In this document: positions 22,960 through 33,800 of the stretch, in pieces | How positions within the stretch are numbered: the stretch's first letter is position 1 | How the letters are laid out: every line of letters begins with the position of its first letter | NCBI RefSeq assembly: GCF_000787575.1 | Contig: NW_012236516.1 | Span: 342,535-399,079 of the forward strand | Length of the DNA: 56,545 bases | Origin: Acytostelium subglobosum | Taxonomy: Eukaryota | Direction of reading: 5' to 3' | Notes under the pieces: model-generated | Told to the model about the DNA's origin: nothing | Seen by the model: only the letters and a program-made list of their open reading frames with translations | Database searches by the model: none | Position numbers and translations under genes: made by a program

Positions 22960-23627
22960 TTATGCGTCAAAGTCGAATGATAATGGTTGTTGCTGTTGTG
23001 GCTGCTGTTGAACCATTGGTTGCTGTTGTTGTTGTTGTTGTTGTTGTGGTCTGGCCTGTGGAGCACCGCCGCCTTGCTTATCCTTCTTCAACTTTAATGG
23101 ATCCTTGTCGTATAGTTTGTTACCTAGAGCATTGCCAAACACTCTAAGTGATCTCTTCCTTGCATCTGATACAGCCTCCTTCTTTGCATGCTCAATTGAT
23201 GTGCCCTTGTTCGAGTCCTCTCTCATACCAAAGCCAACATCATCATGAAAAGTACCATCCTTTAGCATTATACGTATGATTGCTGATGCACCTGCTCTCC
23301 ACTTGCCAGATGGAGCAACCTCGCACTATTAACCTAAGTTAGTACTTGAGCTCATTGAATGAATGAATGAATGATGATTGAACAACTACTTACAAAGTCT
23401 AATGTTAACTCTACTATTCTTGATGACCATCCATTGAAACCAAACACTCTGTTTGCAATCTCTATTGCTTTCCATGACTCTAGATAAGTGAGACGGGTAC
23501 CACCTGGACCCGGACGTTCACTCTGATCATCTCTAGGCAGTGGAGTTGACAATTCAATTGCCAACCTCTCTATCTCCTCCTGTGTATATGACTCATTTCC
23601 AAACAATACTTTGCTATTTTCATCCAT
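22960..23627 (-). CDS. RAD52: Rad52/Rad59-family DNA strand-annealing protein, a short form of about 200 aa. 2 exons: 23627..23393, 23325..22960.
   Basis: YLESWKAIEIANRVFGFNGWSSRIVELTLDF|CEVAPSGKWRAGASAIIRIMLKDGTFHDDVGFGMREDSNKGTSIEHAKKEAVSDARKRSLRVFGNALGNKLYDKDPL matches the Rad52 N-terminal DNA-binding core ([65 protein letters not shown]). The intron is 67 nt with a GTAAGT donor and a TAG acceptor. The C-terminus is Q-rich. Confidence 0.8.
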
Positions 23628-23817
23628 CTCTACTAGTAGTATCTGTATATATATCTGTTGTTATATTTTTGAATCAATTATCTGACCTCCACTTTGAGTT
23701 CCAACTTGAAGTGACTCATTTTTCATTTTTTCTTAGAATCTGACAATTACTTGTAAATAATGAATTTCCCGACTTTCCCTGAGTCCAACAATATTGTTGA
23801 ATGAATAGTTTAATCAA

Positions 23818-24670
23818 CTAACTCTCCATTGGTTCAACTGTCTTCGATTGATGCTCGATACCTGCATCGTTGTTGCCATCATTGCTGTGACCCATTATTC
23901 TATTCTTGACTGCCAAACGGATGTATGCCAACACTGTCTCGCAGGACATGCGTGCAAGACGTAGTCCGTCGTCGTACTGTTGCTCACTGATGACTCCAGT
24001 GGTGTTGACCATGACCAACTTTGTTTGATTGTTGAATGCATATATCGCCAGACCCTTTGCCAACTCCTCTTCCACAGTATCCGGATCCAAACAAACAGTG
24101 CCATCATGATTATAACACAATGTAATCGATCCCAACAAACTGTTCAGCTCTATACCCGCATCGAGCAATGCTAAACATGCTGCATTAATAGCGCAGCTTA
24201 CTATCTATACAAGTGTTAGTGTCAGTCAAAGAGTCAGTCCCGCTTGATAGACACGCATACATACCGATCCGTCGTCTGAGTAGACTTGTATAATGATGCT
24301 AATCTGTGTTCTTGGATGTAGTGATGTGATTATTACACTCTCTAGTGCATTGCGAATGAGCATTTCTTTCTCTTTATCCTCGTAGGATGAGTTGCCAGTG
24401 GCAGGTGTGAACACAACATCTATGTTTGCCTTTGATATCTTCTCCTTTCTAGGTATAACTTCAACTGGTCCATATACAGCTGCAAGTACTGATGATTTAT
24501 CTATTATATCATTCGTTCGTTAGATCATTCATTCGATCATTCATTCAATCAATCAATCAATCACACATACTTTGAGTGAACTTTGCACTGCCATCAGCCT
24601 TGTTCAACAAAGCTTGTTCAGACTCTATTGGCCTTATTTGATTAGGTGTCCTCTTATCACTTCTTATCAT
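23818..24670 (-). CDS. Exosome complex RNase PH-like subunit (Rrp46/Rrp41-type), 3 exons: 24670..24570, 24491..24265, 24204..23818
   Basis: MIRSDKRTPNQIRPIESEQALLNKADGSAKFTQ|NKSSVLAAVYGPVEVIPRKEKISKANIDVVFTPATG..RTQISIIIQVYSDDGS|IVSCAINAACLALLDAGIELNSLLGSITLCY is the RNase PH fold (ADGSA.f..G.T.Vl.aVyGP...; INAAclALlDAGIpm). Introns are 78 and 60 nt with GTATGT donors. The exon phases join consistently. Confidence 0.75.
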
Positions 24671-25694
24671 TGTTTGTTGTTGTCGTTTAAATATATATTA
24701 AATGTACAGGTATGATGATTGCAAGATCAAATAAACGACCGACAGAAATGGTTGTCTTCAAGTTTTTCGTTGTGCGGTCATGGTCAAGGTTGTGTTTCAG
24801 GTTCATGATGAAGTCTATGATTGACATTCAATCTCTTTGCTGAACAACAAGCATGCTAGTAATATACTGATACATGTATACTCAGTCAATCCTAACAAAC
24901 TATCAACATTGTTGTATAAAATGAACATAAGATGTATGACTCATTCATTCATTCATTCCAAATGGGAACGGGTCACATCATTTGATGAGCCGAGATGAAG
25001 TTAGAGAGAATGTTTCTCTTTCCTTCCCCCAGGGGATACAATCCCAAGGGATGAACGGATGTTCCCCAACGACGATTTACCACTAGTGTCGGAGCTCTCT
25101 GGTTCCAATTCCAGCTCATCATCAACCTAACATTGATGGCTCACTAATCCACTCACTGATTATCTCACTTCGCTCACTCAATCAAACATACCCTCAAACA
25201 ACGTATTCTTTCAATCACTGATGAAACGGAATTTTCGTGTTACTTTGTCAACATTGTTTTTGATTCTTATCACCACACACGACTTTTAGGGTACCCCCAA
25301 GTGATCGTTCTCATCACCTCGTTTCTGTGAGCGTGTTGCGATATTTCATTGATGGATAAAGTGAGAGAAGGCTCCTTTTTTGAATCATTTATTATTCGAT
25401 TAAATTTGATGCCTATTATCGTGTGCACCAACCACCTGCTGTCCTTCCCTTCCCTACCAACAGTAACAATACTCTCCTACCTACCTACCCATCACTCTCT
25501 CAACTTTATTCGCACCTCTATCCAATAACATTAGCCCTAACTCCACATCCAACTTATATATACTTATTCATATATATATACATATACATACACTGTTGTA
25601 AACATTGTTTGTTGTATTCCTGCTCTTCCATTACCTTAATTTATATTATATATAATCTATTCTTTTCACATAAACTTATTTGTATTAATACAAG

Positions 25695-26715
25695 ATGGTA
25701 TGATTGATTATTATTATTAATTTGATTGAATGAATGATGACTAATACTATATTTTATAGACTTCGACAGCAGATGATGAGGGATTCACAGAGTACTTGTA
25801 CAAGATCTTGGTAGTTGGTGACATTGGCACTGGCAAGACCTCGATCATCAAGCGTTTCGTTCACAACATCTTCTCCATGCATTACAAATCAACTGTATGT
25901 GATCATTATTATAGTTTGTTGTTGCCTGCTCTAGCTTGACTACAACTTCAGCGAGCGGCGACACACACAAGTGAAGTGAAGAGTTTGAAGAAACATCACA
26001 CTAACACTCCAACGCACACTCCCACTCCCTCCCACACTCAATCAAACACAAACAAACAACCACAATCAAACAAAATCAATACTTTAGATTGGAGTAGACT
26101 TTGCCCTGAAGGTGATCAACTGGGACCCAAAGACAGAGGTGAGACTGCAGTTGTGGGATATCGCTGGTCAAGAGCGTTTCGGAAGCATGACCAGAGTATA
26201 CTATAAGGAGGCTGTCGGTGCCCTCATCACTTTCGACGTCACTCGTGCCAGCACTTTCGAGGCCGTCGCCAAGTGGAAGGCTGACATTGACTCCAAGGTC
26301 ACCATCGGTCCTGATGAGAGACCAATCCCAGTCGTTCTTTTGGCCAACAAGGTATGTTATAATAATAATACAATGGGATGGGATGGGATGTCGATTGCTT
26401 GTTCAGCAACTGACACATGTTGGTGTCATCACAATGACACATATCGATATATATATATAGTGCGATCTAGGAAAGGAAGGATTTATTAAGACTGCCAACG
26501 AGATGGATAAATATTGCAAGGATAACGGATTCATTGGCTGGTTCGAGACTAGTGCCAAGGAGAACTTGAACATTGAAAAGGCCTCTCGCTTCTTGGTCGA
26601 GCACATTCTCAAGATGGACATCAGAAGAAATCAACCACCAACAGAGGATAAGGGGAAGATAGACCTCTCCGACAAAACAACGCCACCTACCAGCGGTGGA
26701 TGCTGTAATAAATAA
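25695..26715 (+). CDS. RAB32: Rab32/Rab38-family small GTPase, 4 exons: 25695..25697 (ATG only), 25760..25894, 26088..26351, 26461..26715
   Basis: The spliced product is M|TSTADDEGFTEYLYKILVVGDIGTGKTSIIKRFVHNIFSMHYKST|IGVDFALKVINWDPKTEVRLQLWDIAGQERFGSMTRVYYKEAVGALITFDVTRASTFEAVAKWKADIDSKV..IPVVLLANK|CDLGKEGFIKTANEMDKYCKDNGFIGWFETSAKENLNIEKASRFLVEHIL...GGCCNK. The G1-G5 boxes are present and the C-terminal CC is a prenylation site. It matches Rab32 almost residue for residue. Donors are GTATGA/GTATGT and acceptors are TAG. Confidence 0.85.
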
Positions 26716-27843
26716 GTCAGCAGCGCAGCTCCCTCAACAGGCTCGGCTCCAGCTCACACCATCACATCACATCACCACCCATCACTCTCCTGCGCACCAA
26801 TCGCATCCCCAGCCACCAAAAAAAGACGACAACTATCGATACATCGTCGGTTGGTGAACGCCAGTCCATTCATCAGTCAACACAATCAACACAACAACCA
26901 ACCAATCAACACAACAGACTGCCAGTCATCCCCTTTGTCCATCATGATTATATAGATGTAGAGCCAGGCAGGCCATCCACACACACCAATGCCAGACAAC
27001 CAATCAATCAATCATTCATTACCCTTCTTCCCATCACTTTCATACAAAGGATTGGACAAATGGTAATCCACACGAGTTATGTAATAAATAGATAGTCTAT
27101 GAAAGTGATTTACTTGGTTCGGCATTTCATTCATCATCATTTTGGTTGACTGTCTCCATCTAGAGATACCTGTCGGAATAGAAGAGTCCAATGGTAATGG
27201 TGGGGAGGAGTCTGATATGCATCAGAATCCAAAATAGATATGGCTCCCCAAACAATGACTGGCATTCGACATTGCTCTGGGAGAAGTGTTGGACCATGCT
27301 GTTAAAGGCAAGGTACGATACTGCCATTGTGATACCAATCTCGACCATTCGTAAGATCTTGACTATTTGCGGGGCATCAGGGTGTGAGTCCAGATTCAAA
27401 ACTTGAATGATGACAAGTACATAGGTGCAATGAATAGAAAAACTATTATTGAATAAATAAAATTTTAGTAGGATTAATAATATTAATAACTAGTATTGTA
27501 CTTACCGTAGAGTAGAGTTGAAAGCATAGGATAGGGAAGAATAAAGTAAGGTACTTATATTAACATTCTTATTAATAACATTTTAATATTATAATATCAA
27601 TAAAAAAGTAACTTCAAATAATAAACCAACTTGTAATAAATGATAAAATATCAATTAAATTATAAAGAACTAGTATTTATATGCGTCTCTCTACCCTACT
27701 TGATTAGGTAGTCATTACTATAAATGGTCAACTATACTTAATAAGGAGATGCTTTCCAAATTAAGTATCCATAACCAAATCCAATCACTCAATCAATCAA
27801 CACCACACACCCAAACAGTGAGCAATGGTATATGCCAGGGTCT

Positions 27844-30800
27844 TTATTGGATGTGCGTCATCTTGCATCTGTCACCATATGTACACTTTCCACTTGCAAA
27901 GTATTTACATATCAGCTTGCTCTTGTTGTTGCTGCTGGACCTCTTGTTGTTGTTGGACGTTGGCGATGTTGTTGTCAGGGTAATAGCGGGAGTTGGTGGA
28001 TTTGGTGACGATGGACCTCTCATATGTGGTGGTCTGTAGGGCTGGCCAGGTGAGGAAGATGAGGAGGAGTAGGCGTCCGGCTGGTCCATGTAATATCCAC
28101 TTCCACTGCTACTACTGCTGCCACCGCCGTTGCTGTTGTATCCATCGTATGCGTTGCTTGATCTATAGTTGAAGTTAAAGGTGTGATTGTAGGGCGTGGG
28201 TTCGTGGCCATAGTAAAGTCCTTGATTGCCATAGACCAGGCTGTCGCGGTAGGACATTGGCTGTCGTATCTCGGGCACGGGATAGGTAGGGAGATAGTAG
28301 ATTGGTGGATTGACTTGGTATTGTCCGTTGGGCGAGTGGTGATTGTTGATGTTGTTGTTGCTGTCATTCCTGGGACTGAGAGGATACTTGGAGTTGATCT
28401 GTATCTCTGGGGATAGGAGCATGTTGGTCTGAGGTGACAGAGGTGTGTCGGAGGGAGAGAAGATGTCGATGTTGTAAGGAGAGTCGTCATCCTCTGTGTA
28501 CTGGCTGATTGGTGGAGAGTTGATCCTCTTGCCCTTCTTGCTCTCATACTCCTTCTTTGGCCTCTTCTCGGCGCCTGATCCGCGATGGTATCCCTTATTG
28601 ATCGAGTTTGATACCGAACGACGTAGCCATTCAATCAAGTCTGGAGTGAGTGGAGGTGTCACACCAATCTTTGAGAAGTATTCACTAATGATGGTGATGA
28701 TGGTTAGTTGATCAATTGATTAATTGATTGCTTGATTCATGGTAACACTTACTCCCATGTCTTGACAGCCTTGATATGTGTGACAGCCTTCTGAAGGTTG
28801 TCCCTGACATGTGGCAACGGTTTGCCAAAGAGTCGGTTGTATTGATCGCTGATGGAGTCTAGCGTGGAGCCTTCGGGACGAGCGACATGTTGGAGGAAGT
28901 AGACGTGGAACATGAGCAGACGGATGGACACAATCGACGTCTCAAATGCGATTGTTGGTCTGCTGGCGTCAAACACTGGATTGGGTTCAGTCGCACCGTA
29001 TGGAGCACTACGTCTGATTATCCACATTACGTTGCGATCAAAGTTCTCCTCCAGATAGGCGTTGGCCACTTCAGACCATTTGTAGTCAGAGACTGTCAGC
29101 AGCGGTAGGAACTCGCCCAATGCTGGTGTCTCCTTCTTGAATCGCTTGGCTGGTGTATGTATAAAGTCATAAATCTCCTTATTAATATCGATCAGCATGT
29201 CTGGATACCTCTTGACAAAGGCCAGGAATAATTGATGGAACAGGCAATATCCTTCCAAATGCTTGATTGAGGCTGGTTGATGGGGATTGCATAAGTTAGT
29301 TGAGTGATTGAGTGAGTGGCTGGCGACAATGACTTACCATGTAGGGTCTCATTCATGATGCAGACACATGCTGTGTTCATGGCAATACAGATGAATCGCT
29401 TGGCCAACTCTGGTCTGAATGAGTGTGCTTGCATGATCGCGGCCAAGGACGACTCCAACAAGTCCCATGCTCTAAGTCCATGTTGATGATTGATATCTGT
29501 TTGCGCCAGCGTGAGTGAATGAATGATTGAATGAAGTGGACAAGATAACTTACACAAGGGTAACCAATGAGTGAATGATTGTTTCCAAATGGATGACCTT
29601 ACACCCTGCTTGTAGGCCTCGAGTGATAGTAGGTCGTGTTGGGTCTTGATCTCATCAATCTTTGTGGATCTAGGAGTCTTGCTAACGATCTCGACACCAA
29701 TGCCCAATATGTCCTCTTTGTACGAAGATCGATTGTGGAAGCAGACCAACTCGGACTCGATGCTGTTGATGTAGTCCTGGAGCGAGGGGTCACTAGAGGG
29801 ATCCAAGAAAATCGCCAGCTGCTTGTCATTGTTGCCATTACCATTGCTATTGTTGTTGTTGTTGTTATTGTTGTTGATACTACTGCTGCTCTTGAGGTCG
29901 TTGCTGCTTACGCTGCTGCCACTGATCTGTGAGTTGGAGCCATTCAGTTGAGATGAGCTGTAGGACGTCTTGAGACTGGACGAGGCCACAATGCTCATGT
30001 CTGGCAGCTCAGGCCATGGTGCATCGGGTGCGTGAGGGCAGAGGTGGCACCTGAATGTTTTGGAGTTTTGGATTGCGTCTGGGATCTTGACGAGATAATC
30101 CTTGAGTGGCACGGCAGAGTCCTCGTCGTCGAGGGTGATCAGGAATGTCTGGATCTGCAGCAGGATCGTCTGCACACTGTATGCGGACGACCAGCCCGTT
30201 GCCTGTCCCTGGAAGAACGACTGGAAGTCACTTAAGATGTCCAGGCATATGCGTCCACCGTCGTGTACGTGTGGGTGCGGGAAAGGTGTGAGCAGGGTGC
30301 CGCTGGGCGGGATTGCTGGGTAGGTGGGAGGGAACTTGAGCTCAAGATGGAAGATACCTCCCTCAAATGGTGACCCATCAGGCGCGGCGATATTTGCGTG
30401 CCAAGTCAGCAAGTCTGAGGCGTCGACTGGCTCGGCCGACATTAAAGGGATCGGGTTCGTCTTGATAGCCTTGAGGTCTGCCATCAGCGTCTTCTTGGTG
30501 CCCTGCGAGATGGTGTGCACCGTGGCCAAGAAGCCCGTCGCCATGATGTTGATCTCTGAGTGATTGGATCGCAGGTTCTCGACGGCTGTCTCCGACGTCT
30601 TGTTGAGTCCCAGCACGAGGTCTCGCATACTCGACTGCTGTGAGTCGTTGAGTGTGCGCAGAGATTCATCCGTGACACGCTTGCAGCCATAAATGTTGAG
30701 ACGTTTGAGCAAGGGTAGCTGCACCAGCTTGGCCACGGACGCGTCGCTGACGTTCTCAGACATGGACAGGTCGATGTCCTGGAGGAATGGGCATTTTGTT

Positions 30801-33800
30801 TGCAGCGACGACAGCTCTGAGATCAGCTGGCACTTCTTCAAGTCAAGCACAGAGAGATGGTGCAGACGGGCGCTGATGTGATCGATCGAGATATCCGTGA
30901 GCAAGTGGCATCCGGCCAGCTGCAGCGTGTTGATCTTGGTGCAGCTAGTGACCAGTGTCTCGATCCAAGCATCGCTCATTGACTTGCAATAGCTGACGTT
31001 GATACTGGTTAGCTCGGGGCAGTGCTCCGCCAATATGGTGAATGTGGACGAGTCGAGCTGATCGACCAAGCTGAGATTGAGTATGGACAGACTGAGCGAA
31101 CGACTGAGTATGTCATTGAGTGTGCAGGGTGCGATCGAGAGACCGGCAATCTCAAATTGTGTGAGCTTGAGCTGCGCGGGTAGCGTCTTGGTGTCGATCT
31201 TTGGCGTGTGAGGCACAAGAGGCGAAGATGATGTGTTGGATCGCTTGAGGGGCTGGTCCGAGGGGACAATGGTGGCCGGCGTGGCCGTGTTGAATAAGAG
31301 ACGCTGTAACGTGTGGCACTGTGACAGGATGCTGATGACAGTGTCCAACGTGAGCGAGGTGAATGAGAAGTCCATCGATACGATGCGTGTGAAGTGTAAC
31401 TGCTGCGGTGTAATCAACTTGAGCTTGCAGTTGGCCACGTTGAGGTGGTGTATGACGTTGTTGGTCACGGGTGGCAGGTGGGAGATGCGGCAGTTGGATG
31501 TGTCCAGGCGTCTTAGCTGGGACAACACGCGCACAATCTCCATCACCGTCTCCTCCTGTATCAGATGACACCCGGCGATGTTGAGATGCTGTAGATTCTT
31601 GCAGTAACCCAGTGCTTGGATGCCATGCGACGAGACCAGTCTGCAGTTGGCGATCGACAAGTGACGCAGGTGAGGCATGAGTCGTGTGAATATCGTGACA
31701 GACTTGATGTCCGAGTGCGAGATATCGAGGCACTGCAGGCCGAATGAAAGGTTGTCGGTGGGGTTGTACATGTTGTTGATCTCGCGATCGTCAAGCTTGC
31801 AACCCTTGGCCACAATGCGAGTCAGGCGTTTGCATCGCTTGAGGAGGACGACAATGGCCAGCGTGGTGGCGCCCGTCTTGGCCATGTTGATGCTCTGGAG
31901 ATGTGGACATTGCGATGCAATCTTCTCAACGGCATCGTTGTCCAGCGAGTCGCAGTGGTCCACGTCCAGCTTCCTGAGCGAGTCGCCAATGTTCTTGAGC
32001 ATAGGCGCCAGACTGGCTGTGATCCTGGCCTGGTGGCTCAGGTTGAGGTGGTAGACCTGGTTGCTGTACGTCTTGGCCAGGTAGAGGTAGAAGTCCGCAG
32101 GGATGTACTGGGCAAAGTGTTTGATGTGGATGGTGGGCACTGGCAGCAGCTCGGGGAACGAGAGAGACTGGGTGGTGGGGTGCAGCTCGGGCGCCTTGAC
32201 AAACAGGTGTGCCCATGTGGCGATCTGGTCGCTGGGGCGGGAGAGTATGGACTCGGGCACAGGGAACTTGGCCCATAGGTGGCTGTCCTGAATGATGATC
32301 TTGAATGCCTCCTTGAAGAAGTCACCGCAACGATTAAACACGAATGAGTCGTTGCAGTTGAGTGACTTGGTCATCAACAGCGAGCCAAGCCGCAGGTATG
32401 CAGTGCAGCGAATGTCGTCGCCCAGACGTGGGATGGCCGAGCGACGTGTGATTAGCTCGACCTTTGAGGTGGCCAGTACATTGTTGGCGGTCTGTGAGTC
32501 CCATTGGCCAACGGATTGATAGCAGCGCTCAGCCAACAATGAGATACTGTCTCGCGATGTCCACAAACTGCCTTGCTCATTGAGATACAAAGAGTGTAGC
32601 AGATCGCCCAGTTGTAGCAACGACATGTAGTTGTTGGCCAAAAGGAAGTTGGAATATGATCGTTCCAAGTATCCCAAACAGTCGTCCTTTCCAACGCTGA
32701 GTGCCAACTGCTTCAACACATTAGCGTAATCATTGAGGATATCCTTGTTATCTGGAGTTGATCTAATCGCATCCTCAAACTTATTCGTCGCCAGCTTGAA
32801 CAATCGTTCGCTTCCTGTCTTGCCCTCCCATCTATCATTGATTGAACGAGTGTATGTATGTTAGTGAGTCATGTCCATGCCATATCTTGTCCACGCCACA
32901 GTACATACTTCATGCATTGAAGCGAGAGTGCATTGCCCTCTGCCAAACTGATGATGTTCATGTGCTTGACCTTGACATCCATGCTTGTGATGTCAGAAAG
33001 CACCACTCTGAATGACTTGGGGTCGTCCCTCATCTCGTCCATCGACTCATCCGCAAGCTTGATTCCAGTCATGTTCTGTATCCTCACAAAGATGTAATAG
33101 ATATCCACATGAGTGCTCAGGTCAACATAAGGGTCTCGCTCTGTGAGTGAGCGTGTAAGTATGAGTTCAGTCTATACCAGTCATTGCTCGTGCATGCGAC
33201 ACGTTACCATTTGGGAATAGCGAGTTATCGAATCGACGAAGGATCTCATGCTTGATGTCTTGGAACCAGAGCTTCTCGTGTTGGTGCGTTGGATCGCCGA
33301 GGATGACGTTGAAGAAGTCCATGACAACTTGGATGTAGGAGTCGGCCTCAATCGACTTGAGCTCCTTCATCTTCTTGCGTAGATCCTCTCTGATGATGTT
33401 CTTAAAGACTCGCGCAACAATCTCGGTGAGCAGGATGCGCTTGAGAGTTGGGTCGGTCACATGCTGACGCACAATGCCTAGGTAGCGCACGTTGATGCCC
33501 TCGCGATGTATGATCTCTGTCAGATGCTGATACCACTGCACCTCCTTGACATGTGCGTCCATCCAGCGGGCAACCGTGGGGATGCATGTATTGAACAGGT
33601 GCTTAGTGGCTTCGAGCACCTCCTGATTGTTCACGGACATAGACACGGCGTCCACCTTGCCAAAGGGCGAGTAGGCGTCGCTGCTCAGTGGCGTGTGATA
33701 GGTCTGCACAAACTCGGGTCGGAACAGGCGGTACAAGAATGCCTCGTCCACATGGCTGTCGGCAGTGGGTGGGAAGACACGTGCAAAGTCCAACACGTAG

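Noticed and set aside
25040-25140. A stretch with ..tctggttccaattccagctc.. that superficially resembles a tRNA T-arm (GGTTCnAnTCC)
   Set aside because: No acceptor-stem pairing, D-arm or anticodon-arm could be folded around it. I found no credible tRNA or other structured RNA gene in the intergenic regions.
31152-32325. Alternative-frame ORFs of 111-193 aa on both strands within the LRR/UBC region
   Set aside because: They overlap the 1203-aa ORF, which has clear LRR and UBC homology. Proline- and arginine-rich compositions indicate frame shadows.
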